Of a stretch of DNA of 64,000 bases, positions 1 through 8,928 are shown piece after piece. Numbering within the stretch: position 1 is the first letter of the stretch; the number at the start of each line of letters is the position of its first letter. The notes beneath the pieces were generated by a model, which saw nothing but the letters and a program-made list of their open reading frames with translations, had not been told where the DNA came from and did no database searches. Origin of the DNA: Synechococcales cyanobacterium GL140_1_metabat_312 (GTDB lineage Bacteria; Cyanobacteriota; Cyanobacteriia; Leptolyngbyales; Leptolyngbyaceae). The translations under genes were made by a program, and so were the position numbers. The stretch lies in assembly GCA_025351345.1 (NCBI GenBank), contig JANXWB010000010.1:22330-86329 (forward strand), read 5' to 3'.

Positions 1-1253
1 AAGATAAGGATGCCCTTATTACGATCGTGATGTTCAATGAAATTCCGAATGAGTTCCTCGAAGACAAGTTTTAATCCAAAATAGGATGTTGTCAGTTTAG
101 GTAGAGATGAAAGTATCTGAAGCTCAAAATTGTCTGGCAGGGAAATTTCATCCTTAATCTCTTGGATTAATAAATTAACATCCACTACTTGTAATTGAAT
201 CATCCAAGCTTCAATTTGCGTATATCTTAGAAGTTCATCAATAATAACTTGCATTCGCACTATCCGCTGATTCAATAAATCAAAATAGTCTCCTCTATCA
301 TCTCTGTTTTCCAGATCTTCCTGAATCCACTGGGAAAGACTTGCAATACCTCTTAGTGGGGTTTTTAAGTCATGGGCTGCGGCTTGAATAAAGTTCTCTA
401 GGGATTTTTTTTTATGATTTAGGGCAATGTTTATAACGCCCATGCTTGTGTTAACATCCGACAACTCTTCAACTTTTTCTTTGAGAGCAACTGTTAGATA
501 TAGCCGCTCTCGATCGCGCTCCGCCAACTGATGATCGAGCCATCTAAATAAACTAATAATTCCTAGATAAACTATCATACTTATGACTACGCCGATTATT
601 TGGATACGCTCTATCCATCGCCGACGGGCCTCAATTTTTGTTCGTTGTTGCTGAAAAATTTCACGCTGCCGATCGTCAAACTGAACAATAGCCTTACGAA
701 CTGAATCCATGGCTGTTTTGCCTTTTCGGAGGTTTTTTAATAGATTCTCGGAATCACTTTTTGACAAGAAGAACCTACCATTAGAAAAATTCCAAGGCGT
801 TGAGGCTAAATCCATTTTTTTTGCAATATCAAAAGTCTCATTCATCGTTTGCACTCGAAAGTCAATTTTCTGTTTTAAGTCATCGAGCATTCTCTCTTGA
901 CCCGTAGATTTGTGCTTCAGGGTTTCTAATGCAAGGGGTAAATCTCGTGTAGCTGCGTAATATGGCCCTAAAAATTCTGGCTCTTGAGTAAGCAAATAAC
1001 CTCTCACGCCAGTTTCTTGATCGATTAAGTAACGCAAAGCTAATTGACTTGCTTGAATCCGTTCTTCGGCCTCGGTTAAATTTTCTTTAAGCAGTTGCTC
1101 TTGAACGCGTGCATCTAATACGGCAACTAAGATAATAACTAAATACGCCAGAGGAATCACGACTAAAAGTGTACTGCGAATTCCTAATCCTAATAATGTT
1201 TTATATTGAATTTTACGCCATTGCTTTTGACTAAATTCTTTAAAAGCTTGCAT
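1..1253 (-). CDS. Sensor histidine kinase with CHASE3-like extracytoplasmic domain (3' end runs off the window, so it is absent from the ORF track)
   Basis: My own reverse-strand translation from the ATG at 1253-1251 gives MQAFKEFSQKQWRK... It shows a TM helix (LLVVIPLAYLVIILVAVL), the CHASE3-like motif ETGVRGYLLTQEPEFLGPYY, a second TM helix (IIGVVISMIVYLGIISLF), a coiled coil and the H-box FIQAAAHDLKTPLRG. The frame stays open to position 1. The gene starts 3 nt after the stop of the upstream kinase gene. Confidence 0.8.
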   Translation of the reverse strand, partial: MQAFKEFSQKQWRKIQYKTLLGLGIRSTLLVVIPLAYLVIILVAVLDARVQEQLLKENLTEAEERIQASQLALRYLIDQETGVRGYLLTQEPEFLGPYYAATRDLPLALETLKHKSTGQERMLDDLKQKIDFRVQTMNETFDIAKKMDLASTPWNFSNGRFFLSKSDSENLLKNLRKGKTAMDSVRKAIVQFDDRQREIFQQQRTKIEARRRWIERIQIIGVVISMIVYLGIISLFRWLDHQLAERDRERLYLTVALKEKVEELSDVNTSMGVINIALNHKKKSLENFIQAAAHDLKTPLRGIASLSQWIQEDLENRDDRGDYFDLLNQRIVRMQVIIDELLRYTQIEAWMIQLQVVDVNLLIQEIKDEISLPDNFELQILSSLPKLTTSYFGLKLVFEELIRNFIEHHDRNKGILI

Positions 1254-1256
1254 AAT

Positions 1257-2939
1257 TTATGATAGTTTTGGCCAAGTGAATTCAAATCTAGATCCCCGAT
1301 CGCCATTTGAATGAAGTCGCAATGTTCCACCTTCGTTCTCAACAATCTTTTTAATAAGCGCAAGTCCAATCCCCGTACTTTCTGACGAACCACTTCCCCC
1401 TAAGGTTTGGAATATTGTAAATATCCGATCTTGGAAGGCTACTGGGATTCCTGGACCATCATCTGTTACTGAAAACAAATAATGTTGTTCTTGATTTTCC
1501 CACTCTATTATCACTGTTCCACTCTCACGATCGTGATGTTTGATGGCATTGTTGATTAAGTTTGAAAAGACTTGTCCTAGGAAGAGTTTTTTTGCCAAGA
1601 TAGTCGGGAATGTCTTGGGGATTTGGATGTTAAATCTATTTGTTGGCGAGAGAGAATCGACAAGCTCTAATAATAATGCATAGGTATCTACGAGTTCGGC
1701 ATCAACTTGTTCACGACCAATGCGAGAATATTTTAATAATCCGTCAATTAAATTTTCCATTCGTTTAGCGCGTTGTCGAAGTAAAACTAGGTGTTGTTGA
1801 TTTTCCTCTGACAATTGGCCACTCAAGTCTTGTTCAAGCCATTCAGATAAATTGGTGATTCCCCGCAAAGGTGCTTTTAAATCATGAGATGCTGCATAAA
1901 CAAATTGATCCAGCTCGTCGTTTCGGTTTTCAAGAGCTACTTTTGCTTTTTCTAGGGCGCAAAGAGATTCCTCGTTTTGTAATTCTAAGTGTTTACGAGT
2001 ATTTATATTCTCGACCATTGTAATAAAATATAATGGTATACCAGGTATTCCGTTATTCTGGATTTGTCGCCGCAGTGATACTGTGATTTGGACCCAAACA
2101 ATAGATTGATTCTTGCAAATGTAGCGCTTTTCAAGGGAATAGCTCTCAATTTCTCCCTTTAACAATTTAGTTACGTGGGCCAGATCTTCAGCTAAATCAT
2201 CCGGGTAAGTAATATCTTGAACTGTTATTTCCAAAAGTTCTTCACGAGAATATCCAACAATCTCACAGAGTTTCTGATTTACCCGCAACCACTCCCCTGC
2301 AATACCCATATGGGCACATCCTATGGCCGCCTGCTCAAATGTTGTGCGAAATTGCGCTTCACTGTCTTCAAGTCTCTGTTTATTTTCCTGTAATTCTGCG
2401 ATCGTCTTCTCCAAATCCGCCATATGGACCTCCACCTGATGTTCTAACCGATCTTTTATCTCGCGTAACGCTGCTTCTGATGCTTTAAGTAGTGTCACAT
2501 CGCGCATCAACACTACAGCCCCTGCTTGATTCCCGTCCGAATCATAAATTGGGTCAGCATTGGCAATTAACGATCGAGATTCTCCAGTTTTAGGGATAAT
2601 CATCATCGGTGCATCCCGTACACTTTCACCTTGTAATGCACGCCATAATGGAATCTCTTCTAGTTCAAAGGGTTTACCTGATTCATCATGTAAATCATAA
2701 TGTTTTGCCCACTCTTCGCATCTAATTGGTTCTGGTAAGAGGCCATGAAATGTTCGTGTGGCTTGATTGAACAGAACAAGGTGACCACTTAAATCACAAG
2801 CCGCCAACCCGTCAACAATATTCTCAATCACAGCTTCAAGAAAGTTCTGTCCTCCAGGAAGAGCAGATGGGAATTTTTGTGAACTCATTTTTTGTGAACT
2901 CATTATGTCGCTTCCATTTATTAAAATTGACGTATCCAA
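1257..2939 (-). CDS. Cytoplasmic PAS-PAS sensor histidine kinase
   Basis: 560 aa ORF. It has two PAS-like blocks (FLEAVIENIVDGLAACD..., FRTTFEQAAIGCAHMG...). The H-box is FVYAASHDLKAPLRG, the N-box is NLINNAIKH and the G-boxes are DDGPGIP and GIGLALIKK. No TM segment. Confidence 0.9.
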   Translation of the reverse strand: MDTSILINGSDIMSSQKMSSQKFPSALPGGQNFLEAVIENIVDGLAACDLSGHLVLFNQATRTFHGLLPEPIRCEEWAKHYDLHDESGKPFELEEIPLWRALQGESVRDAPMMIIPKTGESRSLIANADPIYDSDGNQAGAVVLMRDVTLLKASEAALREIKDRLEHQVEVHMADLEKTIAELQENKQRLEDSEAQFRTTFEQAAIGCAHMGIAGEWLRVNQKLCEIVGYSREELLEITVQDITYPDDLAEDLAHVTKLLKGEIESYSLEKRYICKNQSIVWVQITVSLRRQIQNNGIPGIPLYFITMVENINTRKHLELQNEESLCALEKAKVALENRNDELDQFVYAASHDLKAPLRGITNLSEWLEQDLSGQLSEENQQHLVLLRQRAKRMENLIDGLLKYSRIGREQVDAELVDTYALLLELVDSLSPTNRFNIQIPKTFPTILAKKLFLGQVFSNLINNAIKHHDRESGTVIIEWENQEQHYLFSVTDDGPGIPVAFQDRIFTIFQTLGGSGSSESTGIGLALIKKIVENEGGTLRLHSNGDRGSRFEFTWPKLS

Positions 2940-3063
2940 ACCGCAAAAATTTTAAGCTACAGCATTTAATTTACGAAAAGAAACATTTTATTTAATATAA
3001 AAATCACTCTATATTATATAGGATTAGTAAAATTGTGTATGAATCTTTATTTTTTGGACATAG

Positions 3064-3786
3064 ATGACCATGACAGAAATTCGCCTTGTGATTGTTGAAG
3101 ATCACGATTTGACGCGCGTCGGTCTTGAGGCCGCATTACAGCGTCGTGATGGCTTGTCCGTAGTAGGAGAAGCCTCAAATGGATTTCAGGGGCTGCGTTT
3201 AATTCAGGCCGAAAAACCAGATATCGCGATCGTTGATATTGGCTTACCTGACATCGACGGTATTGAACTAGTTCGACATATTCATGAAAATCAGACAGAC
3301 GGAGAAATAGGCAAAACTAAAGTCCTAATGTTGACTATGCACAAGACTCCTGATGCCGTTCTAGCGTCTTTTGCGGCAGGTGCAGACTCTTATTGTATGA
3401 AAGATACTGATATTGATCACTTAGAAGAAGCAATTCGGGCGACCCATGCTGGAAATCCCTGGATTGATCCCCAAATTGCTAGTATTGTTCTAAAAAAATT
3501 CCGCAAAGATACGATCGAGTCTCAGGCTCTTGGCGGAAAAACAATCAATATTAAAGCTTTGGACCCGGAGTATGAAGAGATCGTTGATAAGGCTGGCTTG
3601 ACAGGCCGGGAAATTGAGATTTTGCAACTCATCGTCCAGGGGTCAAGTAATGCTGAAATTTCTGATGCTTTGTATGTGACAGTGGGCACAATCAAAACGC
3701 ACATTCGCCATATTTTGAATAAGCTCTGCGTAGACGATCGGACCCATGCAGCGGTTTTAGCGCTCCGAGCTGGCATCATCGAATAA
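3064..3786 (+). CDS. Response regulator, REC + LuxR/NarL-type HTH
   Basis: The REC domain carries the acidic pocket (VIVEDHD), the phospho-acceptor context IAIVDIGLPDIDG and a later LMLTMH motif. The C-terminal part GLTGREIEILQLIVQGSSNAEISDALYVTVGTIKTHIRHILNKL is a LuxR-type HTH. It is divergent from the kinase pair. Confidence 0.9.
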   Translation: MTMTEIRLVIVEDHDLTRVGLEAALQRRDGLSVVGEASNGFQGLRLIQAEKPDIAIVDIGLPDIDGIELVRHIHENQTDGEIGKTKVLMLTMHKTPDAVLASFAAGADSYCMKDTDIDHLEEAIRATHAGNPWIDPQIASIVLKKFRKDTIESQALGGKTINIKALDPEYEEIVDKAGLTGREIEILQLIVQGSSNAEISDALYVTVGTIKTHIRHILNKLCVDDRTHAAVLALRAGIIE

Positions 3787-3946
3787 TTTCAAGGCTCCAT
3801 ATCAAATAATTCAGCCTAAAGAATTTAGCTGATATTAGAAATGCCTCACTTTTGATAGAATCCTCCAGCTTAAAGAATCTGTACATTTAGATTAATGACT
3901 TGCCGACAGTTTGTCTTAGCAGTTTTTAATAAGCGGAGAATTTCTC

Positions 3947-4288
3947 ATGACTATTCAAGCCAAAATCGAAGAACAATCTTCCAATTTAAAAGACAAAGCT
4001 GCTGATGTTGTTGATCATGCCAAAGAGAATTTGAGTGAGATTCAGCATAAAACCGCTGAAAAAGTAGCTGACCTTAGAGATGGTGTGCAGCACGGAACAG
4101 AGTCATTAGGCACTGAAACTCAACAGCTTGCTCACGAAACCAAAGACCAAATTGGTGCCACAGTGAATTCCATCGCTGGTCACATCCAGGAATTTGTCGG
4201 TCATGTCCTAGATAAACCTGCATTGGAAGCGGAAGGTCTGGCCCGTCAAGCCGAAGCAGAACTTCAGCGCGAACATTCAGGAGAATAG
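3947..4288 (+). CDS. CsbD-like / LEA-like general stress protein
   Basis: 113 aa, hydrophilic and helical. The C-terminal part (DKPALEAEGLARQAEAELQREH) resembles the CsbD motif. GGAG lies 8 nt upstream of the ATG. Confidence 0.6.
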   Translation: MTIQAKIEEQSSNLKDKAADVVDHAKENLSEIQHKTAEKVADLRDGVQHGTESLGTETQQLAHETKDQIGATVNSIAGHIQEFVGHVLDKPALEAEGLARQAEAELQREHSGE

Positions 4289-4332
4289 GTACGAATTAGT
4301 AGATAAAACTCTCAATTTTAGGAGGATATTTT

Positions 4333-4473
4333 ATGCCCCGTCTTGTTGGCAAACAAACAAACCCTAGTGTATGGCTGATTCCGCTTATCGCAGTTGCTGC
4401 AATCGGTACTGTGGCTCATATGGAATACAGCGGCACTCTGAATCTAATCCCAAAGACTGCACGCTATCGATAA
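4333..4473 (+). CDS. Small (46 aa) single-pass membrane protein, not in the ORF track (below its size cut-off)
   Basis: AGGAGG lies 7 nt upstream of the ATG. Translation: MPRLVGKQTNPSVWLIPLIAVAAIGTVAHMEYSGTLNLIPKTARYR. It has one hydrophobic helix and sits between two stress genes on the same strand. Confidence 0.5.
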   Translation: MPRLVGKQTNPSVWLIPLIAVAAIGTVAHMEYSGTLNLIPKTARYR

Positions 4474-4519
4474 ATTAATTAATATCAGGTCAATAATAAG
4501 GCCGATGTAAGGAGATTTC

Positions 4520-5851
4520 ATGCGAAAAGGAACTGATTTGATTGGGAAACCAATTATTGCCTATGATTCAGGACGTAAAGTAGGAACTGTTCGAGATTTA
4601 ATTTTTAGTGAAAATCAGAGTGCTCTAGTGGCATTACTAACTGAAGAACCACGATGGTTTAGTTCAGGTAGGATTCTTCTTATTACGGATGTTAAAGCGA
4701 TCGGAATTGATGGAATTTTAATTGATACGGCTGAATCTATTCAACCTGCCAATAATGTCCCTGCTGTTCAACGCGTGATTGAGCAACAAAATATTCTTCG
4801 AGGCACTGAGATCATGACCGTTAGTGGTCAAAATCTTGGCAAAATGGTAGATCTATATTTTAATGCTAAGACGGGTGATATAGAAGGCTATGAAGTCTCT
4901 GGCGGAGTCTTTTCAGATGCTTATACGGGTCGATCGTTTGTTCCGGTGAATAAAACATTTCACATTGGTCAAGATTTTGCATTTGTGCCAGATAGTGTAA
5001 CTGAAATGATGGAAGAGCAAATCGGTGGTTTGAAAGGAGCCATGATTGCTACAAATATTAAGGCTCACGAATTAAGCGCAGTTGCTTCTGAAAAGCTGAC
5101 GGAAGCCCAAGAAAAAGCATCCGAAAGAGCAGGCGAGCTTTCTATCAAAGCCCAAGAATTTGGTGTAGTCGCTTCTGAGAAGTTTACAGAAGCTCAAGGA
5201 AAAGCATCTGAAAAAGCAGGTGAGCTTTCTCACAGAGCATCCAATGCGATCGATCGGGCAGCCGTCAAAACCCGTTCAGCTGTCGCTAGCTATACGGTAG
5301 AGGAAGCGCTGGGTCGGCGAGTAAGGGCTACTGTTTATAGTCGAGATGGTGAAATCATTGCGGCGATGGGGCAAATCGTGACGGGATTAATTATTGAATT
5401 AGCACGATATCATCACCGGGAAAACGCATTAATTGAGGCGACTGGACTTTCCTTAAGAGACGCGACAAAACATCAAACTTCTTTAGCCGCAGACCATATG
5501 GGCAATCAAGCACAGGAGTGGGGCGATGAGCTTCACTATCAAGCTAGTAGTGCATTTGCGTGGGCCAGAAAAACGACTAATCGGTTGTTTGATAGAGGTA
5601 GTAATGCGATCGAAGAGAAACGAATTAAGGGTGCATTAGGTCGTCCTGTGAATCGAGTTATTCTAGATTCTAGAGATGAGGTCCTTTTGAATGTTGGTGA
5701 ACTCGTTACCCATCAGGCGATCGTTGAAGCGCGTAAAGCCGACGTGTTGGACATTTTACTGGGGTCTATCTATGATGAAACACCTTATATGATGCGCAAT
5801 GATATGGAAGCCCCGGTTAATGGTCGGGCAGCGCTTTCTAAAGCCCGATAA
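4520..5851 (+). CDS. PRC-barrel domain stress protein with internal repeats
   Basis: The N-terminal GTDLIGKPIIAYDSGRKVGTVRDLIF and a second block LRGTEIMTVSGQNLGKMVDLYF are PRC-barrel-like. There is a tandem 29-aa repeat (ASEKLTEAQEKASERAGELS / ASEKFTEAQGKASEKAGELS). There are also two C-terminal ALGRxV...G.IVT...I..AR modules. AAGGAG precedes the ATG. Confidence 0.75.
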   Translation: MRKGTDLIGKPIIAYDSGRKVGTVRDLIFSENQSALVALLTEEPRWFSSGRILLITDVKAIGIDGILIDTAESIQPANNVPAVQRVIEQQNILRGTEIMTVSGQNLGKMVDLYFNAKTGDIEGYEVSGGVFSDAYTGRSFVPVNKTFHIGQDFAFVPDSVTEMMEEQIGGLKGAMIATNIKAHELSAVASEKLTEAQEKASERAGELSIKAQEFGVVASEKFTEAQGKASEKAGELSHRASNAIDRAAVKTRSAVASYTVEEALGRRVRATVYSRDGEIIAAMGQIVTGLIIELARYHHRENALIEATGLSLRDATKHQTSLAADHMGNQAQEWGDELHYQASSAFAWARKTTNRLFDRGSNAIEEKRIKGALGRPVNRVILDSRDEVLLNVGELVTHQAIVEARKADVLDILLGSIYDETPYMMRNDMEAPVNGRAALSKAR

Positions 5852-6006
5852 TTCATTCAAACATTCTTTTTAAAGATCACCAATCGATTGTCAATTGCAG
5901 ATTTCTTAATCTGTACTGATGATCGATTTTATTGTAAATTAGTACACCGACTGTACAATTATCAATTCCCAAAAATACAACCTTGAGTCTTACGGTTAAT
6001 TAATCT

Positions 6007-6675
6007 ATGGCTAAAATGACTTCCACTGAATCTTCAATCAATCAGGAATTAATTGATGCTATTCAAGATCCGATCGCTAAAAATATAGAAACTATCGGTT
6101 CTCTTCATGCCCACCAAGTTAATAATACTACGGCTCATCAACGAATATTAGAATCATTCGCCCTCTTTTTTGGACAACCTACATTTCTCTATTTATTATT
6201 ATTTTTATTTTCAATTTGGATAGGGGCCAATTTTTTAGACCCACTGGTAAAGCTTCACCTTCCGAGATTTCGTTGGACTGATGATGGTTTGAGTGCAGCA
6301 TCCATGCTCATTTCAACAGGTGTACTTATTCGGCAAATCCGTCAAGAAAATCTTGCCGAGCAACGATCGCAGCTCATGCTTCATCTCAATCTCCTAGTTG
6401 AACAAAAGACGGCAAAAATTATTTCACTTCTTGAAGAACTTCGTACTGACTTACCTAATGTAAATAACCGTTACGATGAAGAAGCTCATATGATGAAGGA
6501 AGTCGCAGATCCGATCGCAGTTTTAGAAGCCCTTCAAGAAACCTTAACGCAGGAGTTGTCAGTAGTTGAGTCAGTCATTGAGTCCTCTGAGCCATCGGAC
6601 CAGGAGGGCCAACAATTATTGGAAATATTGGAAACTGAAAAGGGAACTGAAAATCGAGACTTGTCTAAGACTTAA
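6007..6675 (+). CDS. Two-TM membrane protein, DUF1003-like, with acidic C-terminal tail
   Basis: 222 aa. It has two hydrophobic segments (FLYLLLFLFSIWIGANF and AASMLISTGVLI) followed by RQIRQENLAEQRSQL, a pattern typical of DUF1003. The family name is from memory and was not checked. Confidence 0.5.
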   Translation: MAKMTSTESSINQELIDAIQDPIAKNIETIGSLHAHQVNNTTAHQRILESFALFFGQPTFLYLLLFLFSIWIGANFLDPLVKLHLPRFRWTDDGLSAASMLISTGVLIRQIRQENLAEQRSQLMLHLNLLVEQKTAKIISLLEELRTDLPNVNNRYDEEAHMMKEVADPIAVLEALQETLTQELSVVESVIESSEPSDQEGQQLLEILETEKGTENRDLSKT

Positions 6676-7457
6676 TCAACACTTGACGATCGTTGTCCAT
6701 TCAAAGCTTCGGTAAAATCATCATCATACAAAGGATCATGAGTTCCCATTATCCGGTCCCAAACTGTGAAATATAAGCCGTAGTGTAAATGATGTCTACG
6801 ATGATGAATAGCGTGGTGAGTCGGCCCAATGAACCATCGACTCAACCAATGGTGGGGAAATTTAGACGAAAATAGTTCATAGCCTAAATGATTCCAAACA
6901 CTCCAAATCGTCATGGTTAGTAGAAGTGCAATCATTACAAAAAAGTGTAGCGGTATTATATAGACAATTGCAATTAAGAAGACCGCCTGCATAATCACTT
7001 CTAAAGGGTCAAATGCAAACGATGTCCAAGGGGTAGGATCTCCCGATCGGTGGTGGCCTTGGTGCATCAATCTAAACCAGCGAGGATGGTGAAATGCACG
7101 ATGTAGAAAATAAAAATAAGTATCTTGGATAATGAGTGAAATAACATAGCTGAAAATCAAATATCCCCAGCCATAGCGATCGATCGATTGATAGAGTAAT
7201 GTAAAACCTGAATCGCTAGCTAGGGTAATAGTAGCCGCACATAAAGCAAACAACACGGATGCGCCCACCGATAGCTCCATGTCTTTCCGGATTAGTTTCC
7301 AATGTGCTGGCTTTGAGCGAAGACTTTGAGAACGCACTTTTGGCCAACGATTATCAATATAAAAATACCAGTAGACTACGCCTGAAATAAAAAAATAACG
7401 GCACAATATAATACCGAAAAATGCTAGCCAATAATAGAGAAGTCGTTCGATCGTCAC
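6672..7457 (-). CDS. Fatty acid hydroxylase / sterol desaturase superfamily membrane protein
   Basis: Three histidine boxes (HRAFHH, HQGHHRS, HHAIHHRRHH) and multiple TM helices. The GTG start overlaps the stop of the upstream small ORF (GTGA). Confidence 0.8.
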   Translation of the reverse strand: MTIERLLYYWLAFFGIILCRYFFISGVVYWYFYIDNRWPKVRSQSLRSKPAHWKLIRKDMELSVGASVLFALCAATITLASDSGFTLLYQSIDRYGWGYLIFSYVISLIIQDTYFYFLHRAFHHPRWFRLMHQGHHRSGDPTPWTSFAFDPLEVIMQAVFLIAIVYIIPLHFFVMIALLLTMTIWSVWNHLGYELFSSKFPHHWLSRWFIGPTHHAIHHRRHHLHYGLYFTVWDRIMGTHDPLYDDDFTEALNGQRSSSVD

Positions 7458-7660
7458 TTAGAATATATCCTGTTGAACTGTTGAATGATTTCTAAAGCGT
7501 CCTCTAGTTCATTAACTGTCAACTCTAATTTTGCAGACCATTTTTCTAGACTAATTTTATATTTTTTATCTTTTAGAGCACTTTCTCTAAAATGATGGTA
7601 TTCCAACATGTTTTTAATTTTTTGACTGTATTTAATCTGCTGTTTTTGATTAATTATCAT
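7454..7660 (-). CDS. Hypothetical small Lys-rich helical protein
   Basis: 68 aa ORF whose TGA overlaps the GTG start of the hydroxylase gene (translational-coupling geometry). Low GC and no recognisable family. Confidence 0.35.
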   Translation of the reverse strand: MIINQKQQIKYSQKIKNMLEYHHFRESALKDKKYKISLEKWSAKLELTVNELEDALEIIQQFNRIYSK

Positions 7661-7692
7661 AACACCAGGTTTATTTTAAAATTAGATAAAAA

Positions 7693-7768
7693 GCAGATAA
7701 ATTAAGTTAAGCAATGACTCAGATTTTCTCTTTAGAGTAAAGTCTGACTCACGCCTTAATTTATCTGC
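7693..7768. repeat. 14-bp perfect inverted repeat separated by 48 nt, between dps and the next gene
   Basis: gcagataaattaag (7693-7706) pairs with cttaatttatctgc (7755-7768). The spacer contains two copies of tgactca and an imperfect inner hairpin. Confidence 0.6.
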
Positions 7769-7807
7769 CTTCCAGCTTGATGTCAATCAATAGTGTAAAC
7801 GTAAAAA

Positions 7808-8389
7808 CTATGCTAGGGCTGGAATACGAGTACTTTTCTTATTAGGTGACAAGCCATCTGGTCTTACCATTTCTCCTTCAGAGAACGATCGCATCATCCA
7901 AACCATTTGTTCATGGGATTCCATTAATCCAGTGAGAAAATCTGCTGTTCCCACATCATGAAAGTCCTCAGAACACTCATCGATCGCATCACGTAGATTA
8001 CGGATTATTGTCTCGTGATCCATGACTAAGCGCTCTAGCATCAAAGTTGCAGAAGGAATATCTCCAGGATGCTCTTCGATCGTCGCCAATTCCAGAAAAC
8101 CTGCAAGGGTTCCTACTGGATATCCTCCTAACTGACGAACTCGCTCAGCAGTGGCATCGACCGCTTCAGACAATATTTGATATTGTTCTTCCCAGACTTT
8201 ATGCAGCGTCATAAACTGTGGTCCAATTACATCCCAATGATATTTCTTGGTTTTAACAATCAATAAATAAGTGTCAGCGACAACTACATTGAGTAAATCT
8301 ATGACCCCGGTACGTTGTTCGTCAGTTAGTCCGATATTAATCTTCTTCATGATTTTCTCCATTTTTGTTTGTGAATCTGTATAGACCAT
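7808..8389 (-). CDS. dps: Dps family DNA-protection/ferritin-like protein
   Basis: LNVVVADTYLLIVKTKKYHWDVIGPQFMTLHKVWEEQY and the later D/E ferroxidase residues are typical of Dps. The true start may be an internal Met (MEKIMKK or MKKINIG). It lies 8 nt downstream of the BON gene. Confidence 0.9.
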   Translation of the reverse strand: MVYTDSQTKMEKIMKKINIGLTDEQRTGVIDLLNVVVADTYLLIVKTKKYHWDVIGPQFMTLHKVWEEQYQILSEAVDATAERVRQLGGYPVGTLAGFLELATIEEHPGDIPSATLMLERLVMDHETIIRNLRDAIDECSEDFHDVGTADFLTGLMESHEQMVWMMRSFSEGEMVRPDGLSPNKKSTRIPALA

Positions 8390-8397
8390 CTAATTCC

Positions 8398-8868
8398 TTA
8401 TTTGGCTTTATCAGGCACAGCCGGAGCTATTTTTACAGCATTATTAACAGTCTGAACTCCCTTAATTTCCTTGGCTAAGGGTTCTATTTTTGCAAGCTGT
8501 TGCTGGTTCTCTACTGTCCCCGAAACTACCACGGCACCTGCTTTTGCCGTAATCGTTAGGTTAGCCTTAGGAATGTTTGCTTCCAGCTTCGATCGTACTT
8601 CGCTGGAAAGATCTTTATCTGAACGATCGGTATCGCCGCCAGTAGCGTTACTGCGTTGTTCACGGGCACGAATATCCGAATTGAGTTGGTCTTTACGCAC
8701 TTGACTCGTTGCATCATTCTGCGCTGATCCCGTTTCACTAGCTGTTGGGGTATTACCCGTCTTTTCAGTAGTATTAGGTGCACTGCTAGTGGTTTTGTCT
8801 GTGCTATCACAAGCAGTAGCAACTACCAATAATAAACCACTCATCATTAGAGTTAGAATTGTCTTCAT
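8398..8868 (-). CDS. BON-domain lipoprotein
   Basis: Signal peptide with lipobox (LLVVATAC), a disordered S/T-rich linker, and a C-terminal BON-like block (ANLTITAKAGAVVVSGTVENQQQLAKIEPLAKEIKGVQTVNNAVKI). AAGGA precedes the ATG. Confidence 0.75.
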   Translation of the reverse strand: MKTILTLMMSGLLLVVATACDSTDKTTSSAPNTTEKTGNTPTASETGSAQNDATSQVRKDQLNSDIRAREQRSNATGGDTDRSDKDLSSEVRSKLEANIPKANLTITAKAGAVVVSGTVENQQQLAKIEPLAKEIKGVQTVNNAVKIAPAVPDKAK

Positions 8869-8928
8869 GATTTAAATCCTTCGGTGAACTGACGATAAAC
8901 TGAAATTTTGAACCTTATAGGCGAATTA

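Noticed and set aside
709-1393. Track ORFs 709..900 (+) and 1190..1393 (-).
   Set aside because: Both lie inside or across the two histidine-kinase genes, antisense or out of frame. The kinase frames are continuous and motif-bearing.
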